Part shown: positions 18,170 through 27,738 of the stretch, piece after piece
Position numbering within the stretch: the stretch's first letter is position 1
Layout of the letters: each line of letters starts with the position of its first letter
Assembly (NCBI GenBank): GCA_963768655.1
Contig: CAVYIM010000003.1
Location: 128,001 to 192,000, forward strand
From: an uncultured Chloroflexia bacterium
GTDB taxonomy: Bacteria; Chloroflexota; Limnocylindria; Limnocylindrales; CSP1-4
Reading direction: 5' to 3'
DNA: 64,000 bases
Notes under the pieces: model-generated
Told to the model about the DNA's origin: nothing
Database searches by the model: none
The model's input: only the letters and a program-made list of their open reading frames with translations
Translations under genes and position numbers: made by a program

Positions 18170-20170
18170 GTGAGCGTCCGGATCGACAAACCGTCCGTCA
18201 CTTCCAAGAACGTCTATAAATTCGGCTCGTTCGCGCTGGCGATCGTCGTCGCAGTGGCTGCCCTGAGCGTGCGCATGTTCGACTTGCAGGTCATCCAGGG
18301 CCAGCAGAGCTACACGATTCCACAGGGGGGGTCGGCCGAGACGATCTCCGTGCCGGCCAGTCGCGGGTTGATCTTTGACGCGAACAACTACCCCCTGGTC
18401 CAGAACCTCCCGAACTTCGTCGTCCAGATCGTGCCCGGCCTGCTGCCGGTGGACCAGAAGCCCGTCGTCGTACGAAGGCTCGCCTCCCTGCTGAACATGG
18501 ATCCCGTCGCGATCGACCAGGCGCTCGACAGCTCGAACGGCTCCCTGTACGCCCCGGTCGAGATAGCAGGAAACGTCGATACGAACACTTCGCGAGTCAT
18601 CGCCGAGAACGGCGACCTCCTGCCGGGAGTGCAGGTCGTGTCTGAGCCGTTGCGCCAGTACACCGATGGGGACTACCCGACGCAGCTGCAACCGGGAACT
18701 ACCCGTCAGCCGCTCTTCAGCGACGTGCTGGGCTACACCGGCAAGATCTCGGGGCAGCTCAGCGCCGCCCAGAAGGCCGCCGGCTATTCGGAGGGCGACG
18801 TTACGGGGCTGGCTGGCCTGGAGCTCCAGTACGAAAGCCAGCTCCGCGGCACGCCCGGCAAGGAGACGGTCGCCCTCGACAGCAACGGCCAGATAATCCC
18901 GGGGTTGACGACGGCCGTAACGCCGCCCGTTCCCGGTGATTCGTTGACTCTGAGCATCAGCAGCAAGGAGCAGTACCTGGCCTACAACGCCCTCCTGTGG
19001 GGGCTCGAGGCCACCAAGGACAAGATGGGCGGCGTGATCATCGTCGAGAACCCGCAGAACGGCCAGATCCTGGCCATGGTCAGCCTGCCGAGCTACGACG
19101 ACAACGTCGTCCCTGCACAGCTAACCCAGGCCCAGTACCAGGCCATGCTCGACGACCCGGCAATGCCACTCGTCAACAAGGCCATCAGCGAGCAATACCC
19201 GCCCGGCTCGACGTACAAGCTGGTCACTGGGACGGCCGGGCTCCAGGGAGACCCGTTGACGGGTCAACCGCCGTCGATCACGGCTTCCACCCAGATCCTG
19301 TCGCAGCCATACATTCAGATCGGCGACGAGCGGTTCTATGAATGGAACCACGTGGGCTGGGGGCTCCTCACTATCATCACGGGTCTGGCAAACTCGAGCG
19401 ACACCTTCTTCTACCAGCTGACCCAGAAGATCGGCCTGCAGTCGCTGACCGACTGGGCGAAGCTGTACGGGTTCGGAGAGCCGACAGGGATAGATCTACC
19501 GAACGAAGTTGGCGGCATCGTGCCCGACAATGTGTGGAAGCAGGCTGCATACGGGCCCGGCAACACGATGTACCCGGGCGAGATCGTCCAGGCGGGCATC
19601 GGGCAAGGCTACGACGCCGCGACTCCACTGCAACTTCTGAACGCCTACTGTGCGCTGGCCAACGGCGGGAATCTGTGGCAGCCGACCGTGGTCAAGTCCA
19701 TCACGGCTCCGGACGGTACCGTGACGCCCGTGACGCCGACCCTGATCCGCAAGATCCCGGCGTCGGCGCAGACGCTGGAGACGATGCGCCAGGGGACGCG
19801 GGAGGTCGTGCTCATCCACCACACCTACAACCTGGTCGACCTCCCGATCATGGTCGCCGGCAAGACCGGCACCGCCGAGTTCGGCCAGATGGTAAACGGG
19901 AAACTGCCATACCACGAGTGGTTCGTTGGTTACACGCCGGGGAACCCCGTTACCGGCAGCTTCGACGGCACCGACTCCCAGCTGGCGGTGGTCGCTTTCC
20001 TGTACGGTGCGGACTCCTGGGGTGACGTCGCCACCGAGATCGTGAAGTACTACCTGTGGGAGCACTACGGCCTGCCGGGCAGCCCCCTCAACCAGAGCTA
20101 CCCCGGGCACGTGAACCTGTGGGCCTCCAAGATCACCAACAACTACAACCTCACTGCCAACAACCACTGA
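18170..20170 (+). CDS. mrdA: Penicillin-binding protein 2 (class B)
   Basis: GAGGAG RBS plus GTG; TM anchor, SRGLIFD, STYK, SSD, KTGT motifs. Confidence 0.9.
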   Translation: MSVRIDKPSVTSKNVYKFGSFALAIVVAVAALSVRMFDLQVIQGQQSYTIPQGGSAETISVPASRGLIFDANNYPLVQNLPNFVVQIVPGLLPVDQKPVVVRRLASLLNMDPVAIDQALDSSNGSLYAPVEIAGNVDTNTSRVIAENGDLLPGVQVVSEPLRQYTDGDYPTQLQPGTTRQPLFSDVLGYTGKISGQLSAAQKAAGYSEGDVTGLAGLELQYESQLRGTPGKETVALDSNGQIIPGLTTAVTPPVPGDSLTLSISSKEQYLAYNALLWGLEATKDKMGGVIIVENPQNGQILAMVSLPSYDDNVVPAQLTQAQYQAMLDDPAMPLVNKAISEQYPPGSTYKLVTGTAGLQGDPLTGQPPSITASTQILSQPYIQIGDERFYEWNHVGWGLLTIITGLANSSDTFFYQLTQKIGLQSLTDWAKLYGFGEPTGIDLPNEVGGIVPDNVWKQAAYGPGNTMYPGEIVQAGIGQGYDAATPLQLLNAYCALANGGNLWQPTVVKSITAPDGTVTPVTPTLIRKIPASAQTLETMRQGTREVVLIHHTYNLVDLPIMVAGKTGTAEFGQMVNGKLPYHEWFVGYTPGNPVTGSFDGTDSQLAVVAFLYGADSWGDVATEIVKYYLWEHYGLPGSPLNQSYPGHVNLWASKITNNYNLTANNH

Positions 20171-20186
20171 TCGACACGACCGATCC

Positions 20187-21341
20187 ATGAACATATTCCG
20201 CTCGGAGCCGATGAGGGTCCGGTCTTGGGCTCCCAGGGCCGCGTCGCTTACGTGGCGCCTCTACGACTTCCAGCTGACGACCTACGCGGTCCTGCTGCTG
20301 CTGTTCGGTCTCGCCATGGCCTACAGCAACAGTGTGGGGGCCACACACACGACCCTGTCGCCAGGCTCGCCCTTCGTCCGCTATTTGATGTGGTCCGTGA
20401 TCGCCATCGTGGTGTTCCTGATTGCCACGGTATTTGACTACAAGTGGCTCCGGACGTTCGCTTGGCCGATCTACTTCGTCAATGTGGCGCTGCTCATCGC
20501 ATCGCTGCGGTTCGGGCACAGCACGGGCAATGCCGGCACGTCGGCCCGATGGATCGAGATCGCCGGGTTCCAGCTCCAGTTCAGCGAGCTTGCCAAGATC
20601 CTGATGATCATCGTGTTCGCCGCATTTCTGGCCGGCCGTGGAGCGAAGGTGAAGTCGGTCTGGACGGTGATCGGGGCGATCATCATCCTGGTTCCGCCGT
20701 GGATCCTGGTCATGCTCCAGCCCGACCTCGGAACGTCGCTGGTGCTGGTTGGGACCCTGGCTGGCATGTTGTTCATGTCCGGCGTCAGCCTGCGCTGGCT
20801 CGGAACGCTGGCGGCCGCGGTCACGGCCGCCATACCGTTCGTCTGGCAGAGGCTCGTCCCGTACCAGCAGGCGCGCCTCCTGGCCTTGCTCAATCAGGGG
20901 CAGGACCCGCGGGGCAGTGGATACCAGCTGATCCAGGCCGAGACGGCGGTGAACGCGGGCGGCGCCTGGGGCAAGGGCCTCACCAACGGCACCGTGCCGC
21001 TGCCGGTGCAAACGACCGACTTCGTATGGGGCCTCCTGGCCGAGGAACTCGGGTTTGTGGGCGCGATGGTCGTCCTCGCGCTCTTCGTCGCCCTGATGTG
21101 GCGCCTGCTCGTCTGCTCGTGGCGATCGTCGGATCCGTTCGCCGTTCTCCTGGGTTGCGGTCTCGCGTCGATGATGCTGTTCCAAGTGTTCGTCAACGTC
21201 GGAATGGTGCTCGGCCTGATGCCGATCACTGGCATCCCGCTGCCCTTCATCACCTACGGAGGCGCGTCCCTGGTGAGCATCATGGGCGGGCTGGGGGTCC
21301 TGCAGAGCACCAACCTGAGACGCGAGCCGCCCGCCTGGTAG
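20187..21341 (+). CDS. rodA: SEDS family rod shape protein RodA
   Basis: QFSELAK, QPDLGT, TDF, PITGIPLPFITYGG; follows pbp2. Confidence 0.9.
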   Translation: MNIFRSEPMRVRSWAPRAASLTWRLYDFQLTTYAVLLLLFGLAMAYSNSVGATHTTLSPGSPFVRYLMWSVIAIVVFLIATVFDYKWLRTFAWPIYFVNVALLIASLRFGHSTGNAGTSARWIEIAGFQLQFSELAKILMIIVFAAFLAGRGAKVKSVWTVIGAIIILVPPWILVMLQPDLGTSLVLVGTLAGMLFMSGVSLRWLGTLAAAVTAAIPFVWQRLVPYQQARLLALLNQGQDPRGSGYQLIQAETAVNAGGAWGKGLTNGTVPLPVQTTDFVWGLLAEELGFVGAMVVLALFVALMWRLLVCSWRSSDPFAVLLGCGLASMMLFQVFVNVGMVLGLMPITGIPLPFITYGGASLVSIMGGLGVLQSTNLRREPPAW

Positions 21342-21514
21342 GCCCGCTGGCGGTAGCCAGGGCCAGGGCGCGATACGCACGACAGAGGGGATACGGCCCA
21401 CTCGAACGGCCGTTGCCGGACGCGACGGCCGCGCGTAGACTCGGCCACTCGACGCCGATCGCCCGAACTCCGTAGGTACGCCGGCCCAGTTCCCCGCCCC
21501 ACCCGCCACGAGCG

Positions 21515-23782
21515 ATGACCACAGTCCTGCCCACCGCCCCAATGCCGCCCCGTACGGATCAGAGCGGGCTGCAATACGCCCCTTCTCCGCTCCCGTCGCT
21601 TGCCCTGGAGCGGGCGCTGGGCCGCGTCCGCAAGCCCGGCCGCTACGCCGGCGGCGAGTGGAACTCCGTCCAGAAGGACTGGACCTCCGTTACGCTGAAG
21701 TGGTGCTTTGCCTATCCCGACTTGTACGAGATCGGGATGAGCAACCTCGGCCTGCGGATCCTCTACGAGATCCTCAACGACCGGCCCGATCGACTGGCCG
21801 AACGCTGCTTCGCGCCCGATGTCGACCTCCAGGCGGAGCTTCGATCGGCTCGGCTACCGCTCTGGAGCCTGGAGACCCGGCGGGCCCTGCGCGACTTCGA
21901 CGTCCTGGGCATAAGTCTCGGGTACGAGCTCACCTACACGAACCTGCTGGACATGCTCGACCTGGGCGGCGTTTCACTCACGGCCGGGGAGCGCACGGAG
22001 GCCGATCCGCTCGTGATCGCCGGCGGCTCGAGCGTGCTCAATCCCGAGCCCATCGCCGACTACTTGGACGCCGTTCTGCTGGGTGAGGGCGAGGAGGCCG
22101 TCCTGGAGATAAGCGACGCCCTGGAGCGAATCGGCTGGCCCCGCCGCCGCGAGTCCACCGGAGAGTGGCACCGGGGAGCGGCCCGTGCCGACGCCCTGAA
22201 GGTCCTCGCGCGCGTCCCCGGCGTGTACGTTCCGTCTCTGTATCGCCCCCACTACGACTCGGACGGAATCTTCGGCGGACTGGAGCCGCTCGCCGTTGAG
22301 GCGCCGCCGCAGATCACCGGCCGCATCGCCGCCGACTTCGAAACCGAAGTCCACGGCATTCGCCAGCTAGTGCCCAACATCGCCATCGTCTTCGACCGTG
22401 CTCAGCTGGAGGTGATGCGCGGCTGCACTCGCGGCTGCCGCTTCTGCCAGGCCGGAATCAACTACCGGCCGCTTCGGGAGCGCGCCCCTGACGTGGCGAT
22501 CGCGGCCGCCGGTGCGATCCTCGACGCGACCGGCTACGAGGAGATCGGCCTGACCAGCCTTTCGACCGCTGACTATACGTACGTGAACGAGGTGGCGACG
22601 ACCCTCCACCGTCTCCGCCCCGAGGCGACTGTCTCTCTGCCGAGCACGCGCGTGGATGCCTTCACCGTGGAGCTGGTCGACGCCATAGTCTCCAACGGCC
22701 GGCGCGGTGGGTTCACGTTCGCGCCGGAGGCCGGCAGCCAGCGGCTGCGGGACGGCATCAACAAAGGAGTGAGCGACGAGGAGATCGCCCGCTGCGCCGA
22801 GCTCGCTTTTCGGCGCGGCTGGAGTGCGCTCAAGCTCTACTTCATGATCGGGCTGCCGGGCGAGACGATGGACGACGTCCTGGCGATTGCCGACATCTGT
22901 CAGCGGGTTCTGCAGGTGGGCCGGCGGCATCACGGCGGCAAAGCCCAGGTGAAGGCGAACGTCTCCACCTTCGTGCCCAAGGTTGCGACGCCGTTCATGT
23001 GGTCCGGCCAGGACACGACAGCCGAGATCGAGGCCAAGGTTGCCGCTCTACGCAAGGCGATGCACGGTCGAGGTCTGGACCTGCGATGGAGCGACCCGCG
23101 GAGCTCGATCCTGGAGGCCGCGCTGGGGCGGGGCGATCGCCGGCTCAACGCCGTCGTCAGGCGGGCATGGCTCGCGGGGGCGAGATTCGACGCCTGGGAC
23201 GAGCACTTCAGCTACGACCGTTGGCTGGTGGCCTTCGAGGAGGAAGGTCTGGATCCGGCCTGGTATGCGCAGCGCGACATCCCGGTCGATGAACCGCTGC
23301 CGTGGGACCATCTCAGCTGCGGCGTAACGCGCGAATTCCTGGCTCGTGACTACCGCCGCGCTCTGTCAGGCAAGAACGCGGCTGACTGCCACTGGGGTCC
23401 GTGTTACAACTGTGGCGTGCCGGCGGCGACGGGATTCAGATGCCAGACCGGCGAGCAGGGCCCTCGGGCGCTGCTGGTGCGACCGGAGACCGTTGGGGTC
23501 GAGCCGGGCGACCGTGTCGTCGCCGCAACGAAGTCGGGCCGGTGGCGTTACGTCGGGCCGCCGGGCGATCCGCGGCGGCAGGGCGCGGTGGCCGGCTCGG
23601 CGGAATGCGGAGAAGGTGCGGCCGAACGCGGCGCCGGCGCGACCGACGGGTCGGCCCGGCCCGAGGCAGCGGCATCATCCTGGCCATACAACCTCATGGG
23701 GACCAAGGTGCAGTCGAAGAGCGCAGGACTCTCGGGTCTGGCGTCGCTGGTGGAGGCGGCCGGCGGCGAGTCCACGGGGTGA
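21515..23782 (+). CDS. TIGR03960-type B12-binding radical SAM protein
   Basis: KPGRYAGGEWN, YPDLYEIGMSN, GCTRGCRFC, FAPEAGSQRLR, C-terminal DC..PCYNCG. Confidence 0.9.
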   Translation: MTTVLPTAPMPPRTDQSGLQYAPSPLPSLALERALGRVRKPGRYAGGEWNSVQKDWTSVTLKWCFAYPDLYEIGMSNLGLRILYEILNDRPDRLAERCFAPDVDLQAELRSARLPLWSLETRRALRDFDVLGISLGYELTYTNLLDMLDLGGVSLTAGERTEADPLVIAGGSSVLNPEPIADYLDAVLLGEGEEAVLEISDALERIGWPRRRESTGEWHRGAARADALKVLARVPGVYVPSLYRPHYDSDGIFGGLEPLAVEAPPQITGRIAADFETEVHGIRQLVPNIAIVFDRAQLEVMRGCTRGCRFCQAGINYRPLRERAPDVAIAAAGAILDATGYEEIGLTSLSTADYTYVNEVATTLHRLRPEATVSLPSTRVDAFTVELVDAIVSNGRRGGFTFAPEAGSQRLRDGINKGVSDEEIARCAELAFRRGWSALKLYFMIGLPGETMDDVLAIADICQRVLQVGRRHHGGKAQVKANVSTFVPKVATPFMWSGQDTTAEIEAKVAALRKAMHGRGLDLRWSDPRSSILEAALGRGDRRLNAVVRRAWLAGARFDAWDEHFSYDRWLVAFEEEGLDPAWYAQRDIPVDEPLPWDHLSCGVTREFLARDYRRALSGKNAADCHWGPCYNCGVPAATGFRCQTGEQGPRALLVRPETVGVEPGDRVVAATKSGRWRYVGPPGDPRRQGAVAGSAECGEGAAERGAGATDGSARPEAAASSWPYNLMGTKVQSKSAGLSGLASLVEAAGGESTG

Positions 23783-25326
23783 ATCTCACAAGCCTCCAGT
23801 CGATGGCGACCGCCGCGACCACCGCTGTCAACGCCATCTCCGCCCCAGCCGCAGGCGCCGATACCGGCGCAACGACCCTCGAACTGATCCGCCTGTTCGT
23901 CCTTCTGGTCGGCGTCGCGGCGCTCGTCACCCTCCTGGCTCGCCGCATCAACCTGCCCTACACGGTGGCGCTCGTGGCTTTCGGGATAGTAGCCGGCGCC
24001 GTCTTCTCGCCGCTTCGAGTCGAGATCACGCCCCAGCTGGTGCTCGTCGTCTTGCTGCCGGCCCTGATCTTCGAGGCCTCGTACCAGATCGACTTCGGCA
24101 AGCTGCGCCCGTCCTTGCTGGGCGTCTCTCTGCTGGCCGGGCCCGGCGTTCTCGTGAGCGCCGGGCTCGTTGCCCTGTTCCTCCATCTGGGCGCCGGTCT
24201 GCCGCCGGACGAGGCATTCGTGGTCGGCGCGATGCTTGCCGCCACCGATCCGGCCGCAGTCATCGCCACGTTCAAGCGGCTCGCTTCGCCGCGGCGATTG
24301 TCTACGCTCGTCGAGGCGGAGAGCCTCTTCAACGACGGCACCGGCATCGTCGCCTTCACGATTGCGGTCAGCTTCGTGACCAGCTCCACCTCGCCCACGC
24401 CTCTGGACACGGGCCTGACCTTCGTGTCGGTCGTGGCCGTCAGCGCCGCGATCGGGGCGGTGACCGGCTGGGCGGCATCCCGGGTTCTTCCCAATGTCGG
24501 AGATCACCTGATCGAGATCAGCCTGTCCGTGGTGCTGGCCTATGGCACGTACCTGGCCGCAGACGCAGTCCACCAGTCCGGCGTGATAGCGACGTCCGTG
24601 GCGGGCATCGTCCTGGGCAATTACGGCCGGCGCCTCGGGCTCTCAGAGAGAACGGAAGAGGCGCTCGACACCGTCTGGGAGTTCGTCGCCTTCCTGGCCA
24701 CGGCGTTCGTTTTCCTGGTGGTCGGGTTCGCGATCTCGCTGCGGTCGCTGGCGGACGTGGCGGTCCCGATCGCCTGGGCCGTCGCGGCGACCTTCGCGGG
24801 CCGCGCGATCATCGTCTACGGTTTCCTGGGTCCGCTCCGGCTGATGCGGCGGCGGTCCACGAGCCGGCGAGCGACGGCCGAAGTGCCCGAGTCCGCGGAC
24901 GACCGCGGGCGAGACGAAGGCGATCTGCCGGTCGGCTGGCTGCACGTCATCTACTGGTCGGGCCTGCGCGGGGCAGTCTCCACCGCCCTCGCGCTCTCGC
25001 TTCCGGCGGACCTGCCGAACCGGTCGATGCTCCAGGGCATCACGTTCGGTGTCGTCCTCTTCACTCTGCTGACTCAGGCGACGACGGCTGAACTCGTCGT
25101 CGACCGCTGGGGCAAGAAGCCGTCACGTCCGCCGAAGCAGAAGCAGAAGTCGAAATCGAAGGCGCTTACTGCCGAACAGGCGGTCGAACCGACGGCCGAA
25201 GGTGCGGCCCGCGTCTCGGCGGTCGAACCGACGGCCGAACAGGCGGTCGAGCCGACGACGGGGCTGGCGGCCGAACCCGTCGAACCCTCGGCCGGGCGAG
25301 CCGCGTCCGGGCAGGCGGGCCGATGA
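23779..25326 (+). CDS. CPA1/NhaP-family Na+/H+ antiporter
   Basis: LLPALIFE, ATDPAAV, EAESLFNDG, WSGLRGAVS; GTG overlaps the previous stop. Confidence 0.9.
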   Translation: MNLTSLQSMATAATTAVNAISAPAAGADTGATTLELIRLFVLLVGVAALVTLLARRINLPYTVALVAFGIVAGAVFSPLRVEITPQLVLVVLLPALIFEASYQIDFGKLRPSLLGVSLLAGPGVLVSAGLVALFLHLGAGLPPDEAFVVGAMLAATDPAAVIATFKRLASPRRLSTLVEAESLFNDGTGIVAFTIAVSFVTSSTSPTPLDTGLTFVSVVAVSAAIGAVTGWAASRVLPNVGDHLIEISLSVVLAYGTYLAADAVHQSGVIATSVAGIVLGNYGRRLGLSERTEEALDTVWEFVAFLATAFVFLVVGFAISLRSLADVAVPIAWAVAATFAGRAIIVYGFLGPLRLMRRRSTSRRATAEVPESADDRGRDEGDLPVGWLHVIYWSGLRGAVSTALALSLPADLPNRSMLQGITFGVVLFTLLTQATTAELVVDRWGKKPSRPPKQKQKSKSKALTAEQAVEPTAEGAARVSAVEPTAEQAVEPTTGLAAEPVEPSAGRAASGQAGR

Positions 25327-26135
25327 GCGAGTCGAAGCAGCGCTGGCGGATCGTATTCGCCCGCGACGACGACGCTCGGTTCCTGTCGCATCTGGACGCT
25401 GTCCATCTATGGGAGCGTGCCTTCCGTCGCGGCGAGATCCCCGTCGCCACGAGCGAGGGCTTCAGCCCACGGCCCAGGCTCGTGTTCGCGGCACCGTTGC
25501 CTCTCGGGATGCTGGCCGAGCACGAGCTGGCCGACCTCTTCCTGGCGGAGCGGCTGACCGCGCCCGACCTCCGTGCCCGCCTCTCCGACGGGATGCCGCG
25601 CGGCTATCGCCTCATCGACCTCCGCGACGAGTGGGTCGGTGCGCCCGCTGTGGCAACGCGGCTGGTGGCTGCCGACTACCGCATGACCATGCTCGGCGTG
25701 GCGCCGGATCGGCTGGCGGACGCGGTCCGCGCCCTGCTGACCGCGGAGACGCTACGCCGCGAGAAGCGCCGCGAGAAGAAGGTCACCGCCTACGACCTCC
25801 GACCGCTCCTGATCGATCTGCGGGCTTGCCCTCCCGGCGCCTCGGGAGGGGCCGCGGACGCCCCGGCGGATGCTATTGACCTTCCGGCCGCCGGCCTATG
25901 GATGCGCCTCCGCCACACCCAGGATCTGGGCAGCGGTCGCGCCGACGAGGTTGCCGCCGCCGTCGCCAACGAGCTCGGCATGGCCACTCTCGCAGCGCCC
26001 GGGTCCGGCGAGGCCGAGGCTGGGGAAGAGGCCGCGACCGGCCAGTCGGTCGAGCCTTCGCCCGGGCGGGCAGTCCTCGAGATCGTCCGACCGGTTCGCG
26101 AACGCCTCTGGCTTTCCGACGAGCTGAGTGTCTAG
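25323..26135 (+). CDS. TIGR03936-type radical SAM-associated protein (DUF2344)
   Basis: RFLSHLD, ERAFRR, SEGFSPRPRL, PLPLG. Confidence 0.88.
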   Translation: MSESKQRWRIVFARDDDARFLSHLDAVHLWERAFRRGEIPVATSEGFSPRPRLVFAAPLPLGMLAEHELADLFLAERLTAPDLRARLSDGMPRGYRLIDLRDEWVGAPAVATRLVAADYRMTMLGVAPDRLADAVRALLTAETLRREKRREKKVTAYDLRPLLIDLRACPPGASGGAADAPADAIDLPAAGLWMRLRHTQDLGSGRADEVAAAVANELGMATLAAPGSGEAEAGEEAATGQSVEPSPGRAVLEIVRPVRERLWLSDELSV

Positions 26136-26224
26136 GTTCCTCTGGCGGCATCACCGGATCCGGTCGCGGCCGGCCGCGGAAGCGACGATGGCAGAAACGC
26201 CGTCCACATACGGCCTCGTTTCGT

Positions 26225-26253
26225 TTGACGCCGTCCGGGTTGGGCCGTAAACT
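26225..26253 (+). promoter_or_regulatory. Sigma70 promoter for rplU-rpmA
   Basis: TTGACG-N17-TAAACT. Confidence 0.7.
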
Positions 26254-26336
26254 CGCACTTCGCGCCCCGGCCCGTCCGAGGGCGTATTCGTGTCATGCAC
26301 CGTGGGCGGACGCCCCGTCAACCCTCCCGAGGACCC

Positions 26337-27041
26337 ATGTACGCAGTCATCGAGACCGGCGGCAAGCAGTACACAGTCGAGCTCGGAACCGAGCTCGAGG
26401 TCGAGCTGCTCGATGTCGAACCGGGCCAGGAGATCAACCTCGAGCGCGTCCTGCTGGTCGCGGACGGCGAGACGACGGCGGTCGGTCAGCCCGTTGTGGC
26501 GGACGCGGCAGTCAGCGCTCGCGTCCTGCGCCAGGACCGCGGCGTGAAGACGATTTCATTCAAGTATCGGCCCAAGGCCCGGCGACGCGTCAAGAAGGGA
26601 CATCGCCAGGAACTGACGGTGCTCAAGATCACCGACGTCCGGCTCGGCACCAAGAGCGCCGCGGCCGAAGCGAAGATCGAGCAGGAGAAGGCCGAGGCCG
26701 ACCGCGAGAAGGTCGTCAAGGCAGCGGCTCGCCAGGCGGCGGAGGACGCCGCCCTCGCCGAGAAGCTCAAGGCCCGCGACGCGGCCGCCGCGGCCGCCGC
26801 CCCCAAGAAGGAAGCCCGGGCCAAGGCAGCCCCCAAGGCTGCCGAGAAGGCCGCCGCCGAGAAGCCGGCTGCCAAGGCCGCCCCGAAGGCCGCCGCTCCT
26901 GAGAAGCCGGCTGCCAAGACCGCCCCGAAGGCCGCCACCCCCAAGGCCAAGACCGAGAAGACCGAGAAGACCGAGAAGACCGAGAAGGCGGACGCGGATG
27001 CCCCGGCCAAGCGCCCCGCCCGGACCAAGAAGGACGAATAG
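26337..27041 (+). CDS. rplU: 50S ribosomal protein L21 with long Lys/Ala-rich C-terminal extension
   Basis: [12 protein letters not shown]...KKGHRQELT, then ~130 aa of AKAAPK/KTE repeats. Confidence 0.95.
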   Translation: MYAVIETGGKQYTVELGTELEVELLDVEPGQEINLERVLLVADGETTAVGQPVVADAAVSARVLRQDRGVKTISFKYRPKARRRVKKGHRQELTVLKITDVRLGTKSAAAEAKIEQEKAEADREKVVKAAARQAAEDAALAEKLKARDAAAAAAAPKKEARAKAAPKAAEKAAAEKPAAKAAPKAAAPEKPAAKTAPKAATPKAKTEKTEKTEKTEKADADAPAKRPARTKKDE

Positions 27042-27043
27042 AG

Positions 27044-27307
27044 ATGGCCCACAAGAAGGCAGGCTCGAGCTCGAAGAACGGCCGCGACAGCGTCGGCCAG
27101 CGCCTCGGCTGCAAGGCCGGCGACGGCCAGTTCGTGACCGCCGGGTCGATCATCGTCCGGCAGCGCGGCATGACTTTCAAGGCCGGATCCGGCGCGGGTC
27201 TGGCCCACGACTACAGCGTGTTTGCCACCGTGGACGGGACCGTGCATTACGAGCACGAGACTCGCACGAAGAAGCAAATCAGCGTCGAGGCCCTGGCGGG
27301 CGAGTAG
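27044..27307 (+). CDS. rpmA: 50S ribosomal protein L27
   Basis: [23 protein letters not shown]. Confidence 0.97.
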   Translation: MAHKKAGSSSKNGRDSVGQRLGCKAGDGQFVTAGSIIVRQRGMTFKAGSGAGLAHDYSVFATVDGTVHYEHETRTKKQISVEALAGE

Positions 27308-27398
27308 CCTGCGGGGTATGTCCCGCGGCCGGCTCCCGCCGGCCGCACATCGGACGACCACCGGCGGGAGACCGTTCGGAAGGCGCCCGGGAGAACAC

Positions 27399-27611
27399 AT
27401 GAAGCCGAAGATCCACCCGAAGTACCAGCAGGCGACCGTGCTCTGCGCCTCGTGCAAGACGACCTTCGAGGTCGGCTCCACCCGCAGCGAGCTGCGCGTC
27501 GACGTCTGCAACAGCTGCCACCCGTTCTTCACGGGCAAGCAGATGATCCTCGACACTGCCGGCCAGGTCGAGCGCTTCCAGCGCCGCCTCGAGCGCACTC
27601 AACGCGCTTAG
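27399..27611 (+). CDS. rpmE: 50S ribosomal protein L31 (Zn-binding, four-Cys type)
   Basis: MKPKIHPKY...CASC...VCNSCHPFFTGKQ. Confidence 0.96.
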   Translation: MKPKIHPKYQQATVLCASCKTTFEVGSTRSELRVDVCNSCHPFFTGKQMILDTAGQVERFQRRLERTQRA

Positions 27612-27738
27612 CCGGCGCGGGGCGCAGCGCTCGCCGCGCCGGTCGTATCTCCGCGTCCTCGGTCCGTCGCGACGCCGTCTGTCGGCAGATCCTCGGCCGG
27701 TGGTTGGGCCCCGCCGGCTGCTCCGCTAGACTTCGCTG

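Noticed and set aside
26260-26336. Possible L21 leader RNA
   Set aside because: Position fits, but I cannot match the consensus without a covariance search.
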